DNA from: Proteromonas lacertae
Taxonomy: Eukaryota
Length of the DNA stretch: 64,000 nt
Direction of reading: 5' to 3'
NCBI GenBank assembly: GCA_002245135.1
Contig: NGBS01000018.1
Span: forward strand, 62,001-126,000
Positions 38,401 to 50,200 of this stretch are shown here, one piece after another (within the stretch, counting starts at the first letter, position 1; each line of letters opens with the position of its first letter). Both the position numbers and the translations under genes were made by a program. The notes under the pieces were generated by a model, which did no database searches, was not told where the DNA came from, and saw nothing but the letters and a program-made list of their open reading frames with translations.

Positions 38401-39178
38401 CTCCATTTACAATAGAAGAAGTGAAAAAAGTAATGAAATTGAATCATCCAAGACTAGTAATAGAAAATAATGGATTTATCAAATACAGCAAAATACAAAG
38501 GAAATCAGGTGTTAGAATGGAAGAAGATTTAGAAGCAGAAAATGTGGATTTATATCTCAAGAACTATGAATATTATGGAGGTATTATTGGATTGTTTAAT
38601 TATAATATGAACACATGTAACGCTGAAATAGAAAGAGTGAAAATAGAGATGATTGAGAATATGATAAAAGGCATAAATATATCATCTATATCAAAGCAAG
38701 ATTATCAAAATATACTTACATATGAAACAGATGAAAAAGATGTAACTAAATCTAATAATCTTCGATTTATCTCTGATACAGTAAGAAGTATTGTATGTAA
38801 TAAACTATTAGAAATTAATTCATTTAAAAGAATGTAATGAAATGATAGATTTATTATTTAAAAATCCAAAAGGAGGTTTTGCTGGAAATTTATATGAAAG
38901 ATAAAATTAAGAGATTATATAATTTCATTTCAGATAAAACAATTATTACAAAGCATATAGAAAATGAGATAGGATTGAAAAATGAAATAACTGGATTGAA
39001 AGAAAGTGAAAATGAAACTCATTTTAGTGACTTCAGTTATAATACAACTTTCCCTGATATTGATATATCGAATGAAGATATGGAAGAAGATTATAACTCA
39101 GAAAGTGATGATTTGGATATAGACATAAGCGATAGTGAAAATGGGGAAAACAACATATTAAACAGTCCTTATTATTAA
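35478..39178 (+). pseudogene. Crinkler/RHS-type protein with two tandem P-loop NTPase modules; six +1 breaks and two in-frame TAA
   Basis: Module 1: IYIRDCY...IITGQPGIGKTSFIY...IIIVDT...SSPD...YGNIPRQI. Module 2: LMRKCF...IFGHQRIGKT...IVSDG...MYIPPFTIEEV...YGGII...FISD...GNLYE. In-frame stops at 36580-36582 and 38373-38375. Confidence 0.65.
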
Positions 39179-39364
39179 TTATATTAATTTATAATTGTTA
39201 ATACCATACTATTATTAGTTTTTATAATTGTAAATACTTGATTCTGCTCCTAATATGTTGAATGTAAGTGTGGATTTAGATAATTTATTTGATTAACATT
39301 ATATATGTGTATTTCTTTGTATTTAATAGTTCAAAAATAAATAAATCTCTTAAATTATATATGT

Positions 39365-39380
39365 GGTGCTAAAAAACACC
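39365..39380 (-). promoter_or_regulatory. Histone mRNA 3' stem-loop (G-U variant)
   Basis: GGTGTT-TTTT-AGCACC on the minus strand, at the same position as in copy 1. Confidence 0.82.
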
Positions 39381-39415
39381 TGGTTTTAAACTTCTTTAAA
39401 AGTAAATTCATTTAT

Positions 39416-39814
39416 TTACTCTTTCTTTTCGGGAGCAGCTTTACCTGTAGCACTAGTAACTAAACTGTTGTATTTTGTTACAGATTTTGTACCTTCTGAT
39501 ACAGCATGCTTCGCTAATTCACCTGGTAAAACTAATCTTACAGCACTTTGGATTTCACGACTACTTAAAGTGTGCTTCTTGTTGTATCGACATAATTGAC
39601 CTGCTTCACTACAGATTCTTTCGAATATATCACTTACAAAAGAATTCATTACAGACATTCCTTTCTTTGATATACCACATTCAGGATGAACTTGTTTCAA
39701 TACTTTGAAAATGTAAGAAGAATAGGTTTCTATTCTTCTGGCGTGTCTTTTTTTACCATCTTTGTTTGTGGCGACTTTCTTTACATTCTTTACGGCTTTC
39801 TTTGATGCCACCAT
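39416..39814 (-). CDS. H2B: Histone H2B (copy 2)
   Basis: Same protein as copy 1 except N-terminus MVASKK and ICSEAG versus ICGEAG. Confidence 0.97.
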   Translation of the reverse strand: MVASKKAVKNVKKVATNKDGKKRHARRIETYSSYIFKVLKQVHPECGISKKGMSVMNSFVSDIFERICSEAGQLCRYNKKHTLSSREIQSAVRLVLPGELAKHAVSEGTKSVTKYNSLVTSATGKAAPEKKE

Positions 39815-40179
39815 GATTGAAGATTTTGAGAGATTAGATGAATAGATTAAAAATTCAAGAAATAATGGAATGAATGATTTTTAGAAATCATTGATTTGAA
39901 ATATAATTGGATAAAAGCTGATGAAATTATTTTTGATCTTTGACCATCTAACATGTGTTGAATGTTTGAAATAGATTTTTGAGTTTATTTCACAAAATAA
40001 AGATCAGTTCATAATATTATAGATGATATACGAATTTATATACTTAATATAAAGTAAAATATATTGTTGGATAAGAATTGTTCATAAATCGTTAAAGAAT
40101 GGTATTATGGATTTAAATTCACAAAATATACAACAAATCAATTGAAAAGATAGTATTAATTCATTTAATGTTTATTCAC

Positions 40180-42664
40180 TCACATAATTACACAATCTTC
40201 ATCTCCTTCTTTAGCGATCAACTCAGCACTATCCATAAGAACCTTTTTACATGTTGCTATTCATATTATAATACGAAGAATATATACGATCACCTAATAT
40301 CTTATCCATTCCACTCTGGTACAAAGACAATGCAGTACTATCATTCAAACCTTCATTACTTAATATTTTCTCAAAAATCTTTGGTATATTCTGCTTACAT
40401 AAATCTTGTCGATATTCAGCTATACAATTATAATATATATATATATATATACATGAATTATCAGCATAATAATAAAACAATTCCAAAGCAACTGTCAGTA
40501 TATCAATATCAATTTCTGTAGATCTCAAACCTCTTTTCACAATTGAAAACAAATTACGTTTATAAAAATACAATAACAACCCTTCATCCCTTCTATGTGT
40601 GTATAATAAATGAGATATTAACCTCAAAATTGATATTCTAATAAACTCCGTATTATCAGCACTCTTAAACAAATCCAACAAAATATCCAATTCTTGTTTA
40701 TTCTGTAATATAAATTCACTTGAAACATATTTGTTTAATTCAGATATTAAATCTACCCACATCGCCAATACAACAGTTCTACTTCTGTTATGTAATTCAT
40801 TATCAAATGATTCAACATACAATTCTCTAATCCCTTTTTCTATTAATAATTGTCCAATTTCATCATCAGAATCAATTAATGAGTTTAATAAATTACCAGC
40901 AGCAATAACAGTTCTTTTGATATGATTATACATATCTATTATCTTGATAACTTCATCAATTAGTTGTTCATTGATTAGTAAGACTTTGTATTTCTTATTC
41001 TTACACATCCATTGTAATATATAAATGCAATCATCAATTAGTAAATATTCATTCCATTTATTTAAACATAACTCTAATATTCTATCATAGGTATTATGAT
41101 CAATTAAACACTTTCTAAAATCAACTCCATTACTATTTCCATCATTGAATTGTTTTCTACTATCTTGTTTTTGTAGTGGTGATGGTGATTGTAGTAACAA
41201 TAAATTTGATTTAATTGGAGAACGAGGTGTTTCATAACCACCCATAAATGATGCAGATAATAAATATTGATCCATCATATCTAATAATGGTAAAACAATT
41301 CTAATAGATTGTACTATTAAATATGTATTACTATCTACATTATTCAATTTATCCAATAATATATTCAATATGTTAGGGTTATTAAAACATATTTGTATTG
41401 ATGATGGTATTTGTTTGAGTGAATCAATAGCATCACATATCGCAACTAGTGCTTCTTCACTATCACTTAAATCAATAAATGACTTTGTCAATAATTCATA
41501 CACTTTTACATCTTCTAAAACATCATAAAATTCTAAATCTGAAACTGTTCTGATTATTCCGCATATATCAATTATTATTTGAGGATCTTTTGAATGATTC
41601 AATCCTATAGTTTTAATCGCATTAATGTGTTCAATTGTACAAAACTCTCTAACTGATGGAACAATTGAATCTGTATTAAATAACATACGAATAGTTTTTA
41701 TAGTTGGCATACTTACATATAGTTCATTACCAAAATGTTTTAATACTTGGAATAATGTATGAATACATGGAACATACGTTTCATCAAATACTTTACTTGA
41801 ATTATCCAATATTGCAGATATTGTAACTGATGTATTATAACCAATCATTGGATTTGAACTATCAAATGATTGGTTAACAAAACAATCAAACATATATTGA
41901 AAATATTCTTCTTTTATTAACTCTTCGTTATTAATGTCGATTGGACCAATAGAATACCAGTATAAGAATTGTGTTACTTCTAATAAATACTCTGTATTAT
42001 CACACTTTGTGGGTATTATTGGGAGTAATGGATGAATTATCTCCATACTGTTTATTATTGAATTAAAATCATCTATTGATATATATATATATATAATTAT
42101 TATAATACAATTATCTAATTCCGTTAGTAAATTAAATATTTTTAAGGTTTGAGTGTAGTTCAAAACATTTTTAAATGATGAAATAGCTATGTTTAATACT
42201 TGAGTATTGTTAATCACCAATAACCTGTTATTATCTATAAATAATGAATATTTATTAATATATACAGTCAAATACATAACAACACAAGTAGTTTAATGAT
42301 GTTACAATTATATTTTCATTATTCTTTATAGTGGATATAATAGTCAAAAAAACTTTGAATTGAGAAATGCCTAGACATAAAAAATCATTCGCTATATAGA
42401 TAAATAAATGAAAATTCTATACATTCTGCATCTATTTTCTGTAGATTGTCCAGAATCTCATTTTCTGAAATTCTATTCTCTGAAATCATATCTTTAATAT
42501 TTTGTAATATCTGTGTATATTCCATTGACTCTATTTTCAAAATTAGACGAATAGTTCCTCATACTTTTTGTTGTTTCATCAGACCTTTTCATTTTCAAAG
42601 CCATTTTTGGTACTTCTGTTGCATCTTTTATTTCAGGTATGTTTTTATCATGGGTCTCAGTCAT
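40180..42664 (-). CDS. ARM/HEAT-like alpha-solenoid protein ending in CaaX (CVIM)
   Basis: ATG 42664; several consensus introns; Leu/Ile-rich helical repeats; last exon encodes ...KEGDEDCVIM-TGA. Confidence 0.7.
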
Positions 42665-42855
42665 GCAGTTCTTTCAAAAAATTTAAAAAATATTGTGTTT
42701 ATGTTTGTGTTTGAATCAAGCCAAATTGAGCTTGAGTAATTTTTGTCTATTTCTGATGATATATGATGAATAGGGGTGAAAATCACCCATACTACTACTA
42801 TACAAAACATATTAATAAAATCAATAAAATAAAATAAAAGACTAACTACTATTAT

Positions 42856-43875
42856 TTAATTCTTCCTTTTCAAAGCTCTTTCTCTTACACTTCTGTTTAT
42901 CTTTCCAAGAAACTATTCAAAATAATATATAACTATAAAGCATACAAATATTAACAAAGCATTTGGTAATCTTGTGTAGAAAAAATACTGTAGACTATGT
43001 GACCAATATGGAATAATAACAGGACCACCTTCACCTAACTTTCTCAATGAACTATAAGCATATAAATCAGCACTTGGACAAAATATAGAAGATAGTTTTA
43101 TTTTACTAAGTTTAGTTGGAATATAAAATGGATGATGACATTGAACAATAACGCCTTTGTCACAGTATTCATAGTATAATGATCTAGAGAAAGAATCAAT
43201 AAATCTAAATTAAAAAAATATTATTATTATTATTAAAATATATATTATATACGATTTTGTTGCTGCATAATATGAATATAATGGATCACCTGAACATATA
43301 CAAGCAGCACCACTTCCTATATTAACAATACATCCTTTCTCTCTTTTAACCATATCTCCAAGTAATAAATTGGTTAAATAAATCATTGGTTTTAAGTTTA
43401 ATACACATATATTATGAACAAAATCTGGAGATAAAAGATGAGTATAATCTGGAAATTCATAGCTTGTTCCAACATTATTAATCAATACACCAATTGAATA
43501 ATTGTGTAATTCTTCTAATTGTTTATCATATTTATCAATCTCTATTAAATTCATAGGATATGTTTTAACTTGGATATTATATGTTGATGTTAAATCTTTT
43601 GCTGTTTTATTCAATTTTTCTTCAGAACGACTGATTATAATCAAATTTACACCTTGCTTTGCTAATTCTCTTGCATAACCTAATCCGATTCCATCTGTAG
43701 CTCCTGTAATTACAGCCCATTCACCGTATTTTTCTTTGATCTTGACTTCTTTGCCAAAAAGGTAAAATTTCACGCCTATTAAGTAAATTATCAACTTAAA
43801 TGATATACCATCAATGAATAGATAAATCCATCTCATCAAATAGAGACATCCAATTATTTGCATTGCATATATCAT
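42856..43875 (-). CDS. Very-long-chain 3-oxoacyl-CoA reductase (KCR/HSD17B12-like SDR)
   Basis: KYGEWAVITGATDGIG, GVLINNVG, catalytic YAATK, basic C-terminus RALKRKN. Three introns. Confidence 0.88.
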
Positions 43876-44010
43876 ACTATTATGTATATTTTAAACAATA
43901 TTACTTAGTATATAGGTATGTGGTTAATCTACAGATGAGAAACATTGAATTTAAATTTTATCGAAAACACGATTTTTGACAACCCTAAAAACACCAACAT
44001 TTTTAAAAAT

Positions 44011-44263
44011 ATGGTTGCTCCATTCTTTTCAAATTTTTTAACTTCCTTTTTCAAAAAACGACTTACTAAAGCAGTTATGAATTCAAAAACGTTAAATGAT
44101 TTAGTTGATAAAGGTATAAATAATATGAAGAATAGTATATCACCTGAAACTAAGATAATGGTATGATGAATGTATTTATATTTATTATGACTAGAGACAA
44201 AATGGGATTAAAAGAAAATATAAACACTCAAAGAAGAAAAATCTACCACACGACAGTTTTTAA
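44011..44263 (+). CDS. Small hypothetical basic protein (~73 aa)
   Basis: ATG 44011; one consensus GTATG...TAG intron restores the frame to TAA at 44261-44263. No recognised motif. Confidence 0.45.
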
Positions 44264-44283
44264 TTAAAAAGTAATATATATAA

Positions 44284-45882
44284 TTATTCCTCGAGCAAAT
44301 TTCTATATATTTGAATTTCACTTGTATTTGTTCCATTTGATGCAATTACTTTCAGCATTCCATCAAACCCATAAGAAAAAGTAACCTGAAATTGAACTTG
44401 TCCAGCTCTTCCTCTAGGTAAATCATTTATAGTGCAATGACCTAAATACATATTTTTTGAAATTTCATTACTTTGTCCTTCATACAACACAAAATTAGCA
44501 TACTCTTGATTATCTTCAGCAGTTTCATAATTTTTAGTAAGATTAAAAGGAATAGGAGTAAATTTCTCAACAACAAGATCAAATTTTCTCACTCCATTTA
44601 CTTCTATCTGTAAACCCAAATTCCTTGGAAGAACATCTTGAACAACTGTTGGAATCTCTTCAACAGGATATTGAGCTAAAATACAAGCTCCTTTAGCAAC
44701 AATTTCATCAGCATTTATTGATTCTTTTATTTTTTCCTCTCCAAATATTTCTTTTAATCTATCTTGAATATATACAATCCTTGTGCTTCCACCACATAAT
44801 AACACTTGATCAACCTTATCAACAGTCATATTTTTATCATGTAATAGATCCATAGTAATTTTTATAGTTTTTTCTAATGTATCTTTGTTCAGATTATTGA
44901 ACAATGATCTTGTTAGAGTATTTAATCCATATCCTTCATCAAGATCATCAAATGGTTCATAATCTATACTTACTGAAGTATTTTCTCCTACTAACAATTC
45001 TTTTGCTTTTTGTAAAGCTAATTTTAATTTCATTTTCTGCCTTTTATTTTCCACTATATTTCCATCTTCATCGACAGATTCAAACATGTCAATATTATAT
45101 TCTTTTGACTTATTAATATAATATTCTAATAATTTTTGATCGAAATCATCTCCACCTAGATGATTATCACCAGATATACCAATTATTTTCAATATATTCT
45201 TCTTAATACGATTATCATATTGTTTAGCAACAAGAGAAATATCAAATGTTCCACCACCTAAATCATACACTAAAATTATTTCCTTATCCTTCATTTTATT
45301 CGTATTTATACTATTATCAAAGTTATAAGCTATTGCTGCAGCTGTAGGTTCATTAATTATATGTATAACATTTAAATCTACTAATTTAGCAGCTTCTTCA
45401 GTTTCTCTTCTTTGAATATCACTAAAATAAGCTGGTACTGTAATTACAGCTCCTTTTACTTCTTTTCCTGCAAATGTTTCAGCTAATTTTTTCATAAAGC
45501 CTAAAATATATCCTGATATTTGAGAGGGACTGACTTCTACTTCCTCATCTCTATGAATAACTTGATAATAAGGATAACCACCACAATTTATCACTTCTGC
45601 TGTTATTACATCATTCTTGTTAAACTGCGCATATGTTTTACCTAATAATCTCTTTGAGTTGTAACAAATTGATCTAAAACTATCCTTTACCTTTAATCCA
45701 TTTTTAGCAGTTTCTCCAACAATTATGTTTCCTGATTTATCACCGAAATATACCATTGATGGTGTGGTTTTAGGACCATTCTCATTTGGAACAGCTTGAA
45801 GTGCGTTAGCTTTATAGAGTGCAGCACAGGAATAAGTAGTGCCTAAATCAATGCCAATATATAATGGTTTCGAAGCTGACAT
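44284..45882 (-). CDS. Atypical Hsp70-family protein (NBD + partial SBD, no lid/EEVD)
   Basis: IGIDLGTTYS, ITVPAYF, INEPTAAA, DLGGGTFDIS, LCGGSTRI; intronless 532-aa ORF. Confidence 0.9.
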   Translation of the reverse strand: MSASKPLYIGIDLGTTYSCAALYKANALQAVPNENGPKTTPSMVYFGDKSGNIIVGETAKNGLKVKDSFRSICYNSKRLLGKTYAQFNKNDVITAEVINCGGYPYYQVIHRDEEVEVSPSQISGYILGFMKKLAETFAGKEVKGAVITVPAYFSDIQRRETEEAAKLVDLNVIHIINEPTAAAIAYNFDNSINTNKMKDKEIILVYDLGGGTFDISLVAKQYDNRIKKNILKIIGISGDNHLGGDDFDQKLLEYYINKSKEYNIDMFESVDEDGNIVENKRQKMKLKLALQKAKELLVGENTSVSIDYEPFDDLDEGYGLNTLTRSLFNNLNKDTLEKTIKITMDLLHDKNMTVDKVDQVLLCGGSTRIVYIQDRLKEIFGEEKIKESINADEIVAKGACILAQYPVEEIPTVVQDVLPRNLGLQIEVNGVRKFDLVVEKFTPIPFNLTKNYETAEDNQEYANFVLYEGQSNEISKNMYLGHCTINDLPRGRAGQVQFQVTFSYGFDGMLKVIASNGTNTSEIQIYRNLLEE

Positions 45883-45988
45883 TCAGTTTGCAGTAAAAAT
45901 AATTACTGTAAAATTACATGTAATTATGTCAGGTCATTTTTGATTGGTACAAGTGTTTTTTACCAAAATTCTTGATTTTTTGAATAGA

Positions 45989-47006
45989 ATGGAATCTCAA
46001 TGCCCTTCCATATTATCAATGTCACATTTGAAAAAAGATGATATAAATTCACCTAATTTTTGTTGCAAAGTATTTCTAAATATCGTAATTGTTGTAATTA
46101 GGTTGATCTTACACCAGATTCATTGCAAGAAGAAGATCCTATGTGGGCTTTGTATATTATAATTTATTTGATTAATAAAATAATAGAATACGTGAGCAAG
46201 CAGAATTACTGTCAACAAAAGAGCCTACGTTGGCAAGTTTTGTATATTCATCAATATTGTTTCACAATTCATTCGAATCTGCAGTTGCTTTTTGTTTAGC
46301 AAATAAATTGAAAACAGAAATGCTTCATCACTCACATCTTCATGATGAAATAACAAAAATATATTTAGACAATCCAACCTTAGCTCAGACAGTAAGAGAT
46401 GATCTTCAAGCTGTCTGGGATAGAGATGCTGCTTGTGAAGGACCACTTCATGCATTATTATTTTTCAAAGGATTTTTAGCATTAGAAAGTTATAGAATCG
46501 CTAATTATTTATATACTCATAATAGAAGAGAATTAGCTTTATGTTTTCAAAGTAGAATTAGTGAAGTATTTAGTGTTGATATTCATCCAGCAGCAAAATT
46601 AGGAAAAGGTATATTAATCGATCATGCAACTGGTTTAGTTATTGGTGAAACAGCTGTAGTTGGAGACGGTTGTTCTTTCTTACATGAAGTAACATTAGGT
46701 GGTACTGGTAAAGATAGTGGAGATAGACATCCAAAACTAGGAAATAATGTTATGATTGGTTGTGGTGTAAAAATATTAGGTAATATAAGAATTGGTAATA
46801 ATGTGAAGATTGGAAGTAATTCTGTTGTGTTAAGACCTTTACCTGATAATGTTACTGCTGTTGGTGTTCCTGCTACTATAATTGGTAAAGTAAAAGTTAA
46901 TGAAAATCCTGCTAATGATATGGATCAATTGGGAGATTTGGAAAATGTTTCAGCATCGTTGGTTCATTGCAATATTGATGGTCCAATATTAGATTATGTG
47001 ATTTAA
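45989..47006 (+). CDS. cysE: Serine O-acetyltransferase
   Basis: EPTLASF, DRDAAC, LLFFKGFLAL, SEVFSVDIHPAA, IDHATGLVIGETA, TLGGTGKDSGDRHPK and hexapeptide repeats. Two 5' introns. Confidence 0.93.
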
Positions 47007-47075
47007 TAGATGTTAATATTTATTTATATTATTTGATGGTGTTTTATATAAGCAATTTTGATGATTAAAATAAGA

Positions 47076-47148
47076 GCTCGTTTAGCTCAGTCGGTAGAGC
47101 GCTGGCCTTTTAAGCCAGTGGTCGGGGGTTCGAGTCCCCTAGCGAGCG
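47076..47148 (+). tRNA. tRNA-Lys(TTT)
   Basis: Acceptor GCTCGTT/AGCGAGC, D-arm TAGCTCAGTCGGTAGAGC, anticodon arm CTGGC-CTTTTAA-GCCAG, T-arm GGTTCGAGTCC, followed by an oligo-T Pol III terminator. Confidence 0.96.
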
Positions 47149-47292
47149 TTATTTTTTTATATTTTCTTTCTATTTTTTTCAATATTTTATGTATTGCTTT
47201 TATTATAAAATTGTTTATATTTTAATCCAAAACAATGTAAATTAAAAAGAATACTTTTTAAGAGTCAAGCCACCAAGCTTTTTGTCTCTTTG

Positions 47293-50200
47293 ATGTTGTT
47301 TTTCATATCTTTTGTTGTAGTTGTGTGTAGTTTTGCTTATGGTTATGATAATATTCATTATAATGTAACAGCTAGAGTTTATTTCACTGATTACAAAAAT
47401 TCACCTGTTATTGAGATGAATGATTATATGGTTTATTCAATCTTAAATCCAAACAATTTTCATCTAATTATGGGAAATGCCATCATCACATACTCAGAAA
47501 GTATACACAAATATGCAATTTATCTCATCAAATACTCATACAGAGAAGAAAAAAAAGTGAAAGCTGCACAGAATAAGTACAGTCCTGTTTTTAACACAAA
47601 AATGGTATTTGGAGTGTTTAGAGTTGCATTTCAAAGTTCAGCTACAACCTGTGTAAGCCAAGATCAAGCTAAATTTGGTTTAGTATATATAGACTTAGTA
47701 TGGAGATTATTAACAGGAAATAGAGTGACTTTAGACTTTGATTCAACATATTATTCTTCAAAATGTCTGAAAGGTGATTATTCTTTTGATCATTTAACAG
47801 TAATGGCTGCTGCATATAATGATGCAAGAGATACTGATGGTATAGGACAAAGACTGTTTAATACTCGAATATATTTTTGTGATGATTGGGATAGTGGTGA
47901 AAACTATGAAGGAAGAGCAACTTTAGGAAGAATTGACTATTTTACAAATAGAGCTAATATGTTTGCATTACTCAAGTGGAATCCAATTCCAACAAAGAAG
48001 AATGAAAAATATTTAAAGAATCTAATTCATGAAGTAATGCATACAGCTGGTTTAGGTCATGCAGGCTTTATAAGTTATGATGCTGGTGGTTATGGTTTTT
48101 TAAAGAACTACTATTATAAAGATGATTATGATGATTATAGTAGTACAATGGGTTTTGCTGCAGATTGGTATTGTATACCTGGAATACATGCATATAATAT
48201 GATTATCACTCAAAGTCATCCAGAACCTCATTATATTCGCAAATTAACTACTCCAGGTAAACAAGTGTGGAGAATATATGCATGGGATTATCCTTATTCA
48301 AGATATTTCTTAGGCAGAGATGAACCAAATTATAAAGAAAATGATATGATTGGTGGAATTAGATTTGATCATAATGTGTTTAGTGTAGATGTACCTTATG
48401 ACAAAAAAAAGATTAACAGTATGATGAATGAGCCTGATTTAATAGATGGTAGTTTATTATTTGAGTTTAGATGGTTTCCAGCTGGATTAAAAGAGTGGGG
48501 AAATAGAGGAATCAAATTCACATATGGTGATGTTAATAAGACGGATAAAGATAGGAATTATGATTTGTATAGGACAAGTATGTATATTGATTTACATTGG
48601 GATAATATATTCACATCAACTCAATTACCTTTAGGTGTAACACTCTATCCACAACAAGATATTGGAACTTTAACATATAGAATTGTAAATGCTCACATAA
48701 TTAATCCATCTATATCAATAACTGAAGATATGATATATAAAGATATTCCTACTAAAATTGATTATATGGATTTACCATGGATGGAAATAGAAATTGATTA
48801 TAAGCCGAATGTTCCAAGTAAATTGCCTTCTGATACTCCACCACCATTACCGACAATGATTTATTCTCCAAATATTGTAGTTTGTAATTATAATGAAATG
48901 ATTTTTAGTTTAGAATGTCAAAGAACAAATACTTTGGATTACTTCTGGACTTATGTAAAGAATAATGGAGATAGAGATATTGATACTCCAAGAATATATG
49001 ATGCTTTTACTTCAACTCCAATGAAGAATATGAGATTTGGATCGTTTAGTATGTTAGGTGGTTATAGAACAAATAATTATTTTTTAGTACATGGAAATTA
49101 TCATAAAGCTACTCGTAGAACATTGATAAAAGTATTAAGTCTTATAAATGTACCTACATTTCCATTCTATTTTTGTCAGAAATGTCAAATTAATCAGAAT
49201 AGTAATAAGTTAAGAAATAATGGAACATATTTAGAAGGTAATGTTTTACTTAGTAATTCTATCCCAATTCCTCAAAATGGAAAATTGGTAATTAATGATT
49301 TATACTATACAGAAATAGAAGTAAAACGAAATTCAGATGGTTCAGTTGAACAGGTAATTCCTGAATTAAAACTACAAGGTTTTGCTCTTTGTTTCTTTAT
49401 GCTTAAGGAATCAAATGGAAAGACAAATAATTATTATTCATTTTATGTATATCATACTGAAAATACTGAGGAAAGAATCGCTTATCAATCTGTTTTAGGA
49501 AAAGAAAATGAATTTATTATAAAACCAGCTGTTATTCCACCTAATTATAATACTCAACCTGGTTTAATATCTCCTCGTAAATTGAAGAAAGATGAAATGC
49601 TAATATTTCCTATATTGCACATGAATTATAATGATTATTTCTTTATCGATTTTGAAGGAACTATTCCTAGTGATTTAGTTATAACATTTGAGACTGATAA
49701 TGGAAATAAAACAAAGAAAATAACAGGTTTAGACGGAATAAAAGATTTGTCAATATCAATTTCATATATTGAATTGATTAATTTTTCATTTGGATATGGA
49801 CAGATATATTCTTTTAGATTTAATCAAGAAGTGACTCTATTGAATATAAGACCAGTTTATCAATCTAAAAATAGTGATAATCCACCAAATCAAGCTAAGA
49901 AGGAGAATGAAAGAGTTTCTGTAGGAAAGAAACAGTTTTATATTACTCATGATGAAATAAAATATGGATATACATTCCATTCATTCAAAAAAGTAGTTAA
50001 TGGTAAAACTTATGATTTTATCAGTGCTAATGATTATTATTCAATTAGTGGTGGAGGAGATGGAGGAGATGGTGGAGATGGTGGAGATGGAGGAAATGAT
50101 GAAAATGATAAAAAAGAAAGTTTCAATAAAAACTTGATGTACTATATAATAGGAGGAGTTGGAGGTTTATTAGTGTTATGCTGTGTTGTGTGTGTTATTT

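Larger units (their letters stand above)
39340..40035 (-). repeat. Right arm of ~700-bp inverted repeat (H2B unit)
   Basis: Reverse complement of 31180-31888 with a few substitutions and a 15-nt shorter H2B N-terminus. Confidence 0.95.

Noticed and set aside
31170..40045. Target-site duplication or transposase for the H2B inverted repeat
   Set aside because: Flanks (CTTATCGAAT / TTATATACTT) share only an offset TTAT, and no DDE, tyrosine recombinase or RT motif was recognised, so it is not annotated as a mobile element.
47076..47148. tRNA-Lys(TTT) as a frameshift-suppressor tRNA
   Set aside because: It has a normal 7-nt anticodon loop and cloverleaf; proximity to AAA-associated breaks is not evidence.
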